From SAR202 cluster bacterium (GTDB lineage: Bacteria; Chloroflexota; Dehalococcoidia; Lucifugimonadales; UBA826): 64,000 nucleotides of DNA. The notes under the pieces were generated by a model, which was not told the DNA's origin, searched no databases, and saw only the letters and a program-made list of their open reading frames with translations. Below, piece by piece: positions 7,915 through 16,829 of the stretch (positions are counted from its first letter, which is position 1; each line of letters begins with the position of its first letter). The DNA is taken from positions 7,216 through 71,215 of the forward strand of contig VFFS01000053.1 in assembly GCA_009392815.1 (NCBI GenBank). Reading direction: 5' to 3'. Made by a program: the position numbers and the translations under genes.

Positions 7915-10395
7915 ATGGCTAGTAGATTTGAGAAATTTTCTGAGAGAGCTAGAAGAGTACTTTCACTTGCCCAAGAGGAAGCGCAGCGGTTTAATCACAA
8001 TTACATTGGCACGGAGCATATATTGCTTGGGCTCGTTAGGGAAAGTGATGGAACGGCAGCAAAAGTTCTCGCCGGACTAGGCATCGAGTTGACCAAAATT
8101 AGGTCCGCGGTGGAATTTATAATCGGTAAAGGAGAATCTACTTCTTCCGGCGAAATTGGACTGACGCCGAGGGCAAAAAAAGTTATTGAGCTTGCAGTTG
8201 ATGAAGCCCGAAGACTAAATCATCACTATATCGGTACAGAGCATCTACTGATCGGTCTTATGCGTGAAGGAGAAGGTGTCGCTGCCGGAGTACTGGAGAG
8301 CCTAGGAGTAACTTTAGATAAAGTCAGGGGTGAGACGGGCAGTGTATTGAGCAGAAGAGGCTCATCTTCTCAGACAAAGGGAGGTTCTCGTGCCACAACT
8401 AAAACCCCAACACTGGATCAACTAGGAATTGACCTGACAGATCGTGCTAATGAAGGTGGACTGGACCCCACAGTGGGTAGAGAAAAGGAGATTGAACGAG
8501 TTACTCAGATTCTCAGCAGAAGGACCAAAAATAACCCTGTATTAATAGGCGAGCCAGGTGTCGGTAAAACGGCTATAGTCGAGGCATTGGCTCAGAGAAT
8601 TGCTTCCGATGACGTGCCTGGAACTTTGCAGGGCAAAAGGCTGGTTACCTTGGATATGGGTTCTTTGGTAGCAGGTACAAAATACAGAGGAGAATTTGAA
8701 GAGCGCCTAAAAAAAGTTATCGAGGAGATCAAAAGTGCAGGGAACTGTGTTTTGTTTATTGACGAAATACACACTATGGTGGGCGCTGGCGCGGCTGAAG
8801 GTGCAGTCGATGCGGCAAATATATTGAAACCCTCTTTAGCGAGGGGCGAAATGCAGACCATAGGAGCCACAACCCTGGATGACTACAGGAAATACGTGGA
8901 GAGAGATCCTGCTTTGGAAAGGCGATTTCAGCCAGTTAGAGTAGAAGAACCCTCAGTCGATGAAACAGTGGATATTTTGAGGGGTGTTAAGGAGAAATAC
9001 GAGGAACACCACAATTTGGAGATTTCAGATGACGCGTTGCGGTCAGCTGCTAGTTTAGCTTCTCGATTTATAGCTGATAGATTCCTACCTGATAAAGCTA
9101 TCGATCTCATAGATGAGGCAGCTTCACGGGTCAGGATAAATTTTAGCTCGGCACCATTATCCGTAAAAGAAGTTTCCAGAATGTTGGAAGAGGTTCGCAA
9201 GGAGAAAGATGAGGCTATTTCGGGAAGGCAGTATGAATTTGCTGCAGAACTTCGGGACCGTGAGATGGGCCTCAGTGAAAAACTTGAAACTCTCCAAAGG
9301 GAGTGGGAGGAAGAGAGGGGCGAAGACCAGCCGGTAGTGGAGGAAGAGAACATTGAAGAAGTCGTCAGTATGTGGACAGGCATTCCTGTCACACGGCTCG
9401 CTGCGACTGAGAGCGAAAGATTGATTAACATGGAGAAAGTTCTCCACGAAAACGTTATTGGTCAAGATGAGGCAATTCAGGTCATATCTAAAGCTGTACG
9501 GAGAGCGAGATCAGGTCTGAAGAACCCTAAAAGGCCAACAGGGGCCTTTATATTCTTAGGACCGACTGGTGTGGGCAAGACCTATATAGTAAAAAAGCTC
9601 GCTGAATTTTTGTTTGGTAGCGAAGATGCGATGATTAGACTGGACATGTCTGAATTCATGGAGAGGCATGCTGTTGCTCGCTTAGTTGGAGCTCCTCCTG
9701 GATATATAGGTTATGACGAAGGTGGGCAGCTAACCGAGGCAGTCCGTAGAAAATCTTACAGTGTCATATTGCTGGATGAAATCGAGAAGGCTCACCCTGA
9801 GGTTTTCAATATCCTTCTACAAATATTTGATGACGGTCATCTAACCGATTCAAAAGGTAGAAAGGTGGATTTTCGCAACACTATTATTGTTATGACTAGC
9901 AATATTGGATCGGATTTAATTAGACAGGACCGATCAATTGGATTCAACGCTAGAACAGATACTGCGCAAGGGGAGAAGGAAGCTTACGAAAGGATGAAAG
10001 ATAATGTCCTTGATGAAGTTAAGCACTTCTTCAGACCTGAATTTCTCAATCGTATTGATGGCACTGTTGTATTCCACTCTTTGAGTAGGGAACATATGGA
10101 AGATATAGTGGATATCTTAATGGTTGAGGTTTCATCAAATCTTCTTGAGAAAGGTATCTCGATGGAACTCACAGATAATGCCAAGGAGTGGTTGGCGGAA
10201 AATGGATATGATCCGACATTTGGAGCTAGGCCGCTGCGTCGCATTATTCAGGATCATGTTGAGGACAAGTTATCGGATAAAATTTTGAATGGAGAGCTTG
10301 GTCCTGCTGACACAGCGATTGTTGACGCTAATGAAGATGACGGAATCACCATAGAGGCGATATCGCCAGCTTCCTTAGGTGCCCCTGCATCCTGA
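7915..10395 (+). CDS. clpC: ATP-dependent Clp protease ATP-binding subunit ClpC
   Basis: 826 aa. Duplicated Clp_N repeats (NHNYIGTEHILLGL / NHHYIGTEHLLIGL), two AAA+ modules (GEPGVGKT, GPTGVGKT) and a UVR-like linker. Confidence 0.93.
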   Translation: MASRFEKFSERARRVLSLAQEEAQRFNHNYIGTEHILLGLVRESDGTAAKVLAGLGIELTKIRSAVEFIIGKGESTSSGEIGLTPRAKKVIELAVDEARRLNHHYIGTEHLLIGLMREGEGVAAGVLESLGVTLDKVRGETGSVLSRRGSSSQTKGGSRATTKTPTLDQLGIDLTDRANEGGLDPTVGREKEIERVTQILSRRTKNNPVLIGEPGVGKTAIVEALAQRIASDDVPGTLQGKRLVTLDMGSLVAGTKYRGEFEERLKKVIEEIKSAGNCVLFIDEIHTMVGAGAAEGAVDAANILKPSLARGEMQTIGATTLDDYRKYVERDPALERRFQPVRVEEPSVDETVDILRGVKEKYEEHHNLEISDDALRSAASLASRFIADRFLPDKAIDLIDEAASRVRINFSSAPLSVKEVSRMLEEVRKEKDEAISGRQYEFAAELRDREMGLSEKLETLQREWEEERGEDQPVVEEENIEEVVSMWTGIPVTRLAATESERLINMEKVLHENVIGQDEAIQVISKAVRRARSGLKNPKRPTGAFIFLGPTGVGKTYIVKKLAEFLFGSEDAMIRLDMSEFMERHAVARLVGAPPGYIGYDEGGQLTEAVRRKSYSVILLDEIEKAHPEVFNILLQIFDDGHLTDSKGRKVDFRNTIIVMTSNIGSDLIRQDRSIGFNARTDTAQGEKEAYERMKDNVLDEVKHFFRPEFLNRIDGTVVFHSLSREHMEDIVDILMVEVSSNLLEKGISMELTDNAKEWLAENGYDPTFGARPLRRIIQDHVEDKLSDKILNGELGPADTAIVDANEDDGITIEAISPASLGAPAS

Positions 10396-10484
10396 ATTTC
10401 TAGGCTGTCAAATACGGGTCTCCAGAATATGTTTAATTTGACGCAGTAGGGTTTCGAAATCAAGTTTCCTGGGGAGTTACTTCT

Positions 10485-11681
10485 TTGAAGGTTGCCTATG
10501 TCCAAGCTCTTGGTGGAGCCAGCGGCGACATGCTTATAGCATCATTAATCGATGCTGGTCTCAAAATGCAATTCCTTGAAGAAATTGTGGATATTCTTCA
10601 TGTGAAAGGAATCACTTTTAAGGAGAGTAAAGCCCAAAGGAACGGAGTTTCAGGGACACATGTTGACGTAATTTTAGATTCTGAGGCAGAGAGATCAAGA
10701 AGGTGGCAGGACTTTGTTTCTATAGTGGAAGAGTCCACTCTTAGTTCCAATGTCAAAGAAATGTCTCGCAAGGTTTTCTCCCTTATTGGGGAAGCGGAGT
10801 CGAAAGTACACGGGTCGGATATTGAGCATGTGCACTTACATGAATTGGGTACTCTAGATACCCTTGTGGATGTGGTGGGGGTTATGGTCGGTCTTGAAAT
10901 GCTGGGCATAGAAAAACTATTTTGCTCTTCACTGCCAACAGGGTCGGGGACGGTAAATACTGCTCATGGGAGATTGATGGTTCCAGCACCTGCTACCGAG
11001 AAAATTTTAGCTATGACTTCTGCTCCATTTCATGCTCCCCCTACCCATATGCCTTCTACGGGAGAGATGCTGACTCCTACAGGGGCAGCAATATTGGGGT
11101 CCGTGGCTGAATTCCAAGCCCCTGTAATGACAATTGAAACAGTAGGCCATGGCCTTGGTACTCGAGACCCAGATTCCTATCCTAATGCACTCTCTTTGAC
11201 GGTAGGAAAATTGGGCGAGGAAAAGGTCTTTGCAGATTTGAAGCTGCTCGAGACAAACCTTGATGATAGCACTGGCGAGATAATTGGATACGTGCAGCAA
11301 ACTTTGATAGCTAAGGCAGGTGTTAGGGACGTTTGGACTACCCCAATAAGTATGAAAAAAAATAGACCTGCAATAATGCTCTCAGTGTTAATTGAATCGG
11401 GTGTTGAAGCTGAAACAGCCAGCTTGATTCTTAAGGAAACGTCATCTTTGGGCATTCGAACTAGGCCAGTGGACAGAATTATTGCCGAACGCTCCATAGA
11501 GGAGCTTGATTTGGCAATTGGTACCTGTAGTGTGAAAATCAAATCAATCGAAGGTAAACCTATTTCTGTTTCCCCTGAATTTGATGATTGTAAAAATATT
11601 GCCGAACAGGTCGGTATTCCAGTTATAGAAGTAATGAAAATAGTTCAGTCGGAGGCAGACAAACGCTTTCTTGATAGGTAG
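10485..11681 (+). CDS. larC: LarC-family nickel insertion protein (nickel-pincer cofactor biosynthesis)
   Basis: 398 aa. N-terminus MKVAYVQALGGASGDMLIASLIDAGL matches the DUF111/LarC signature (SGISGDM). TTG start. Confidence 0.85.
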   Translation: MKVAYVQALGGASGDMLIASLIDAGLKMQFLEEIVDILHVKGITFKESKAQRNGVSGTHVDVILDSEAERSRRWQDFVSIVEESTLSSNVKEMSRKVFSLIGEAESKVHGSDIEHVHLHELGTLDTLVDVVGVMVGLEMLGIEKLFCSSLPTGSGTVNTAHGRLMVPAPATEKILAMTSAPFHAPPTHMPSTGEMLTPTGAAILGSVAEFQAPVMTIETVGHGLGTRDPDSYPNALSLTVGKLGEEKVFADLKLLETNLDDSTGEIIGYVQQTLIAKAGVRDVWTTPISMKKNRPAIMLSVLIESGVEAETASLILKETSSLGIRTRPVDRIIAERSIEELDLAIGTCSVKIKSIEGKPISVSPEFDDCKNIAEQVGIPVIEVMKIVQSEADKRFLDR

Positions 11682-11883
11682 TGGTTTGTTCTGAAGCTGA
11701 TAAATACATAGTAACTCCTTAATTGAGGTTACAGATGTGACGAGTATATTGACCGTTACAGAGTCATTTACTAAAATAGTATGGCGATGACAGGCTAGTT
11801 ACCGCGGTAGCGGTGCTGGCCTGATTTTCGTAAGGAGCCGTTCTTCAATCCTAGCCTATGCTAAACTGATGGATGGCTTTTTT

Positions 11884-11971
11884 GGAGGGTTGGGAGAGTG
11901 GTTAAATCCACCAGACTGTAAATCTGGCGCCCGGAAGGGCTACGTAGGTTCGAATCCTACACCCTCCACCA
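11884..11971 (+). tRNA. tRNA-Tyr (anticodon GUA), long variable arm, CCA encoded
   Basis: Acceptor GGAGGGT/ACCCTCC, anticodon loop CTGTAAA, T-arm GGTTCGAATCC, terminal ACCA. Confidence 0.9.
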
Positions 11972-12046
11972 CGGAGCGGATGCTCGTGGTTAAATAGATC
12001 GGCCCGGATAAATAGGTACTCGAATGAGTATCTACATAAAAAACGG

Positions 12047-12123
12047 GCCCACATAGCTCAGTCGGTCAGAGCGCGTTCTTGGTAAGAACGAGGTCAGCAG
12101 TTCAAATCTGCTTGTGGGCTCCA
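12047..12123 (+). tRNA. tRNA-Thr (anticodon GGU), CCA encoded
   Basis: Acceptor GCCCACA/TGTGGGC, D-arm GCTCAGTCGGTCAGAGC, anticodon stem CGTTC/GAACG with loop TTGGTAA, T-arm AGCAGTTCAAATCTGCT. Confidence 0.92.
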
Positions 12124-12144
12124 GATTAGCGGAGGATATAGGAA

Positions 12145-13344
12145 TTGGCTAAGCAGGTATTCGAAAGGACAAAGCCGCACTTGAACGTCGGTACGATTGG
12201 TCACGTTGATCATGGTAAGACAACACTTACTGCAGCGATCTCTTCAGTTCTGGCTTCTGAAGGCCTCGCGGACTTCAGGGCTTTCGACACTATCGATAAC
12301 GCTCCCGAAGAAAAAGAAAGGGGAGTTACGATCGCGATCACCCACGTGGAATATGAAACTGAAGGCAGGCACTATGCTCATGTTGACTGCCCAGGACACG
12401 CGGACTATATAAAAAACATGATCACTGGTGCCGCTCAGATGGACGGTGCTATTCTGGTTGTGAGTGCTCCGGACGGTCCCATGCCTCAAACTCGTGAGCA
12501 TATACTTTTAGCGAGGCAGGTTGAAGTTCCCAGGATAGTAGTAGCTCTAAACAAAGTTGATATGCTTGATGACGAAGAGCTACTCGAACTTGTGGAGCTC
12601 GAAATGAGAGAATTGCTCACAGAGTATGGATTTCCAGGTGATGACATCCCGTTTGTCAGGGTGAGTGCCTTGAACGCCCTTGAAGCTGAAGATAAGGGAC
12701 GCGATAGCGAATGGGGCAAAGGTATTTGGGAACTTATGGATTCTGTTGATGAATATGTTCCAGTTCCAGATAGGCCTAAAGACCAGCCGTTTTTGATGCC
12801 GGTTGAAGACGTTTTTGGAATTAAAGGACGAGGTACCGTTGTTACCGGTCGAGTCGAAAAAGGCATCGTGAACGTTGGTGATGAGATAGAAGTTGTGGGA
12901 ATCAAAGATACCTACACCACTACGGTTACTGGCGTAGAGATGTTCCATAAGACTTTGGAAACTGGGGAGCCTGGTGATGCTGTAGGGGTTCTGCTGCGTG
13001 GTATAGACAGAGAAGATATCGAAAGAGGTCAAGTACTCTGTGCGCCAGGAAGCATACAACCACATACAGAATATGAGGCCCAAGTGTATGTTCTCAGTAA
13101 GGAGGAAGGTGGCAGGCATACCCCTTTCTTCAACGGGTATAAGCCACAGTTTTATATTCGCACAACTGACGTCACGGGTGATATAAAACTCCCTGATGGC
13201 GTGGAGATGGTCATGCCGGGAGATAATATTGAAATGGAAGTTAGCCTTATAACTCCTGTTGCGCTAGATGAGCAGCTTAGATTTGCTGTTCGAGAAGGGG
13301 GCAGAACGGTTGGATCTGGTGTAATTACCAAGGTAACTGGCTGA
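12145..13344 (+). CDS. tuf: Elongation factor Tu
   Basis: 399 aa. (M)[35 protein letters not shown] and NKVD motifs. TTG start is forced by an in-frame TAG at 12139-12141. GGAGGA RBS at 12131. Confidence 0.97.
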   Translation: MAKQVFERTKPHLNVGTIGHVDHGKTTLTAAISSVLASEGLADFRAFDTIDNAPEEKERGVTIAITHVEYETEGRHYAHVDCPGHADYIKNMITGAAQMDGAILVVSAPDGPMPQTREHILLARQVEVPRIVVALNKVDMLDDEELLELVELEMRELLTEYGFPGDDIPFVRVSALNALEAEDKGRDSEWGKGIWELMDSVDEYVPVPDRPKDQPFLMPVEDVFGIKGRGTVVTGRVEKGIVNVGDEIEVVGIKDTYTTTVTGVEMFHKTLETGEPGDAVGVLLRGIDREDIERGQVLCAPGSIQPHTEYEAQVYVLSKEEGGRHTPFFNGYKPQFYIRTTDVTGDIKLPDGVEMVMPGDNIEMEVSLITPVALDEQLRFAVREGGRTVGSGVITKVTG

Positions 13345-13354
13345 AGAAGAATTA

Positions 13355-13402
13355 ACGGTCAGATTCCTCGGAAATAAATCTGATAGTCTGGCCGTTTCTT
13401 TT
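13355..13402 (+). terminator. Possible weak terminator/attenuator hairpin after tuf
   Basis: CAGATT (13360-65) pairs with AATCTG (13377-82). Outer ACGG/CCGT pairing, followed by the T-rich TTTCTTTTCC. Imperfect. Confidence 0.3.
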
Positions 13403-13428
13403 CCTTATTTTCACATAGGATTTTTAAA

Positions 13429-13596
13429 ATGGCTCGTCGGGGAGAAAACAGGATATTAGTCACTTTTGGTTGCGTAGACTGTAGGCAAAGAACTTATAAC
13501 TCAAACAAAAGTCGTCGGAACGACCCTCAAAGATTGGAACTAAAGAAGTATTGTCCGAGGTGTAGGACACATACTCTCCATAGGGAAGTGAGATAA
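13429..13596 (+). CDS. rpmG: 50S ribosomal protein L33 (Zn-ribbon form)
   Basis: Not in the ORF track (55 aa): MARRGENRILVTFGCVDCRQRTYNSNKSRRNDPQRLELKKYCPRCRTHTLHREVR. Canonical position before secE. Confidence 0.9.
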   Translation: MARRGENRILVTFGCVDCRQRTYNSNKSRRNDPQRLELKKYCPRCRTHTLHREVR

Positions 13597-13598
13597 AT

Positions 13599-13811
13599 TT
13601 GCAAGACAGGTTTCGTACCGGGAATACCGGCAGAGGTGGAGGATTTAAGTTCTTTGGCGAGGTAGTTGGAGAGCTTCGTAGGGTCACTTGGCCTAGTATG
13701 AATGAAACCCTAAGGCTGACTCTTATGGTTTTAGCGGTTTCAGTGGTTATTGGAGTGGTTTTGGGAGCTGCAGATTTGATATTCGGCTGGATATTCGGAC
13801 GAATTCTTTAG
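13599..13811 (+). CDS. secE: Preprotein translocase subunit SecE
   Basis: 70 aa. GEVVGELRRVTWPS motif followed by a single transmembrane helix. Lies between rpmG and nusG. TTG start. Confidence 0.85.
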   Translation: MQDRFRTGNTGRGGGFKFFGEVVGELRRVTWPSMNETLRLTLMVLAVSVVIGVVLGAADLIFGWIFGRIL

Positions 13812-13832
13812 GATGTCTTGGCGGAGGTTTTT

Positions 13833-14393
13833 ATGACACAAGAACAGGTGGAAGAGAAACGCTGGTACATAATCCATGCCTATTCAGGTCAAGAAGATCG
13901 AGTAAAAAAGAATCTTGATCAACGAATACAGACAATGGATGTCAGTGACAAGATATTTCAGGTAGTTGTTCCGACCGAGGAAGAATTAGAGTATAAAGAC
14001 GGTCAAAAGAAGTCTGTCGCAAAGAAGGTTTTTCCTGGATACATTCTGGTACAAATGGAAATGGATGACGAAAGTTGGTTTGTTGTTCGCAACACCCCGG
14101 GCGTGACTGGGTTTGTTTCAGCAGAAGATGAAAGTGACAACCGACCCAAACCGGTACCTTTAGAACAGCATGAAGTCGATAATATTCTCAATCAAATAGA
14201 TTCAAATGAACCTAGAGTTCGAGTTGGATTTGCTCAGGGTGAGACGGTTCGTATAACGGAGGGCCCATTTGTGGATTTTATGGGAGCTGTTGACGAAGTG
14301 TATCCAGACCGGGCAAAGGTGAAAGTATTGGTTTCGTTTTTTGGTAGGGAAACTCCTGTAGAGTTAGATTTTCTGCAGGTTGAAAAAGCATAG
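13833..14393 (+). CDS. nusG: Transcription termination/antitermination factor NusG
   Basis: [22 protein letters not shown] domain and C-terminal KOW ([18 protein letters not shown]). ATG at 13833 lies 5 nt after GGAGG. The ORF track starts 15 nt earlier at a TTG. Confidence 0.93.
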   Translation: MTQEQVEEKRWYIIHAYSGQEDRVKKNLDQRIQTMDVSDKIFQVVVPTEEELEYKDGQKKSVAKKVFPGYILVQMEMDDESWFVVRNTPGVTGFVSAEDESDNRPKPVPLEQHEVDNILNQIDSNEPRVRVGFAQGETVRITEGPFVDFMGAVDEVYPDRAKVKVLVSFFGRETPVELDFLQVEKA

Positions 14394-14426
14394 TAGTGTC
14401 AAGGGATACATTGATTAGAGGTAAAA

Positions 14427-14849
14427 TTGGCTAAGAAAGTCATAGGTTTAATAAAACTTCAAATAGAGGCTGGAAAAGCAACTCCGGCTCCCCCAGTTGG
14501 TCCTGCTCTAGGGCAGCATGGTGTAAACATCATGGGTTTTGTAAAGGAGTATAACGAGAGAACTTCTTCTCTAGCCGGCTCTATTGTTCCAGTTGAAATA
14601 ACGGTTTATGAAGACAGATCATTCGATTTTATAGCTAAAAGCCCACCTGCCTCAGATCTACTTAGGAAGGCCGCGGGTGTAGAAAAGGGTAGTGGAAATC
14701 CACTTATTGATAAAATAGCTGTTATATCCCGAGATCAAGTTAAGGAAATAGCGGAAACGAAGATCAAAGACCTCAATGCTGCTGATATAGAAGGCGCCAT
14801 CAAGATTATTGAAGGAACTGCCAGAAGTATGGGCATACAGGTTAGATAG
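14427..14849 (+). CDS. rplK: 50S ribosomal protein L11
   Basis: (M)[38 protein letters not shown] start is forced (in-frame TGA at 14412-14414, no ATG or GTG before it). Confidence 0.95.
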   Translation: MAKKVIGLIKLQIEAGKATPAPPVGPALGQHGVNIMGFVKEYNERTSSLAGSIVPVEITVYEDRSFDFIAKSPPASDLLRKAAGVEKGSGNPLIDKIAVISRDQVKEIAETKIKDLNAADIEGAIKIIEGTARSMGIQVR

Positions 14850-14886
14850 GCCGAATTTCGGAGAAACTGGAGTAGTAAGAATTAAT

Positions 14887-15600
14887 ATGGTGAAACACGG
14901 TAAAAGATATGACGATGCTTCATCGTCAGTTGATGAAGACAGAAACTACTCTACAGAAGAGGCTGTTTCTATCGTCAAAAAAAATGCTACGGCTAAGTTT
15001 GATGAAACAGTTGAAATTCATTTAAGAACCGGAGCAGACCCTCGACACGCCGATCAAATGGTTAGAGGAGTGGCTCTTCTTCCCCATGGTGTGGGTAAAA
15101 CTGTAAGAACACTGGTTTTCTGCCAAGGGGATGCAATGGATGTGGCTCGACAGGCTGGAGCAGACCATGTTGGGAATGATGATCTGGTAAAAGATATCCA
15201 GGATGGCTGGCTCGATTTTGACGTCACCATAGCAACTCCTGACATGATGGGAAAAGTTGGTAGACTGGGGCAAATACTCGGTCGGAGAGGCCTTATGCCC
15301 AATCCTCGAACTGGGACAGTAGTACCACCTGAAGACATAGGGAGAGCGGTTGAGGAAGCCAAAAGAGGAAGAGTAGAGTTCAGATTAGACAGATCCTCAA
15401 TAATTCACAGCCTGATAGGCAAAGCCAGTTTTGAAGAGCAACAGCTTGTTGAGAATCTGAGCACTCTTATGGATACGATACTGAGGCAAAGACCTTCAGG
15501 GGTGAAAGGGCAGTTTTTGAAATCTGCTTTTCTCACGTCAACAATGGGACCGAGTGTTCCTATTGATGTTGCCTCTTTGGGGGCCATCACAGTAGAATAG
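14887..15600 (+). CDS. rplA: 50S ribosomal protein L1
   Basis: MVKHGKRYDDA... N-terminus and GADPRHADQMVRG motif. The ORF-track start at 14809 overlaps rplK and is an upstream extension. Confidence 0.95.
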   Translation: MVKHGKRYDDASSSVDEDRNYSTEEAVSIVKKNATAKFDETVEIHLRTGADPRHADQMVRGVALLPHGVGKTVRTLVFCQGDAMDVARQAGADHVGNDDLVKDIQDGWLDFDVTIATPDMMGKVGRLGQILGRRGLMPNPRTGTVVPPEDIGRAVEEAKRGRVEFRLDRSSIIHSLIGKASFEEQQLVENLSTLMDTILRQRPSGVKGQFLKSAFLTSTMGPSVPIDVASLGAITVE

Positions 15601-15698
15601 ATTAAGCGCCGTAGACCGTGGGCTCTGTTTGACAGATTAAAATTCCAGCCTGCATAGGTGAGCCTTACAATGATATCTTAAAAGGAACATTGCAAAGT

Positions 15699-15726
15699 AA
15701 TCCGGGTCTGCACCCGGATTTTTTTT
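15699..15726 (+). terminator. Intrinsic terminator/attenuator hairpin inside the rplJ (L10) leader
   Basis: AATCCGGGT-CTGC-ACCCGGATT followed by TTTTTT, located 40 nt upstream of the rplJ ATG. Confidence 0.5.
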
Positions 15727-15765
15727 GTCCCGGGTTTATTGGACGATTGTAATTGGGAGAGTTTT

Positions 15766-16314
15766 ATGCCCACGGAAGGAAAAGCAGAGGCTATAGAAGA
15801 GTTAAAGCAGTTGATGGAGGATTGCTCCATTGCTATATCAACTGACTATTCTGGGTTAAATGTTTCAGAGATTAGCGCTTTTAGAACTGTGCTAAGAGAA
15901 AATGGGGTCAAATTCAAGGTTGTAAAAAATACCTTACTTAAGATTGCGGCAGATGAGAAGGAATGGCCCGAAATTAATGAATTAATTGACGGCCCTACAG
16001 GGATAGCTTTTGGCTATGGTGAGGAGCAAGTCCTAGCAAAAGTGATTTCGGATTTTATTCGGGATAGCGGAATCGATATTGAACTAAAGGCTGCCTTAAT
16101 AGGTAACCAATCGTTAGATACTTCGCAAATAAAGCAGCTAGCATCTCTTCCAGGAAAAGATGAGCTAGTGTCTAAACTAGTTGGTCAACTTTATGGCCAG
16201 CTGGCAGGTTTGGTCTACACACTTAATAGTCCTCTTGTTGGTACGGCACGAGTATTGAATGGTCCGATTACCGGGCTAGTCACCGTCTTGAATGGAAGGA
16301 TTCAACAGGGGTAA
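15766..16314 (+). CDS. rplJ: 50S ribosomal protein L10
   Basis: MPTEGKAEAIEELKQL..., L10 family. GGGAGAG RBS lies upstream of the ATG at 15766. The track start at 15739 is an extension. Confidence 0.92.
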   Translation: MPTEGKAEAIEELKQLMEDCSIAISTDYSGLNVSEISAFRTVLRENGVKFKVVKNTLLKIAADEKEWPEINELIDGPTGIAFGYGEEQVLAKVISDFIRDSGIDIELKAALIGNQSLDTSQIKQLASLPGKDELVSKLVGQLYGQLAGLVYTLNSPLVGTARVLNGPITGLVTVLNGRIQQG

Positions 16315-16359
16315 CAGTAAAAATTAGATTCTATTTTAGAATAAGTTAGGAGAGACAAA

Positions 16360-16755
16360 ATGGCACTATCGAAGGATGAAATTTTAGAAGCGATCAAAGA
16401 GCTTCCTGTTATTGAGCTTGCTGGTCTTGTTAAAGATCTAGAGGAAGAGTTCGGCGTAAGCGCTGCCGCGGCTGCGCCTGTCGCTGTAGCAGCTGCCCCA
16501 GGTGCAGCTCCAGCAGCAGGTGATGCAGGAGGATCAGATGATCAGACAGAGTTTACAGTCACTCTAAAAGAGATAGGTGATCAGAAGATAAACGTTATTA
16601 AGGCGGTAAGGGCGGCAACGTCTTTAGGGCTTAAGGAAGCAAAGGATCTCGTAGAGAGTGCTCCTGCCCCTATTAAAGAAGATACCAGTAAAGAAGATGC
16701 TGAAAGTCTCAAAAAAGAGCTTGAAGAAGTTGGAGCCGTTGTGGAAGTAGCGTAA
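16360..16755 (+). CDS. rplL: 50S ribosomal protein L7/L12
   Basis: 131 aa. N-terminal dimerisation helix, Ala/Pro-rich hinge ([20 protein letters not shown]) and C-terminal [24 protein letters not shown]. Confidence 0.95.
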   Translation: MALSKDEILEAIKELPVIELAGLVKDLEEEFGVSAAAAAPVAVAAAPGAAPAAGDAGGSDDQTEFTVTLKEIGDQKINVIKAVRAATSLGLKEAKDLVESAPAPIKEDTSKEDAESLKKELEEVGAVVEVA

Positions 16756-16829
16756 CTTATTCGCCAGACTTTCAATGTATTTAGCTTAATGATGATGGGG
16801 ACTGATGAGAAGAAATCTGTCGGTTCCCT

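Noticed and set aside
8592-10505. Minus-strand ORFs (83-167 aa) antisense to clpC
   Set aside because: These are shadow ORFs of a long, well-supported AAA+ gene. The products are Ser-rich low-complexity sequences.
12244-13119. Three minus-strand ORFs (85-179 aa) inside tuf
   Set aside because: They are antisense to the unmistakable EF-Tu reading frame. The translations are low-complexity Ser/Thr/Ile-rich sequences with no recognisable motifs, which is typical of shadow ORFs.
14809-14886. Upstream-extended ORF-track starts for rplA (14809), rplJ (15739), sodN (36843), hisIE (57080), rpmE (58997) and the LarA homolog (18131)
   Set aside because: The extensions overlap the preceding gene or add non-conserved residues. 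Conserved family N-termini and RBS placement support the internal ATG starts used in the feature list. The LarA start remains the least certain.
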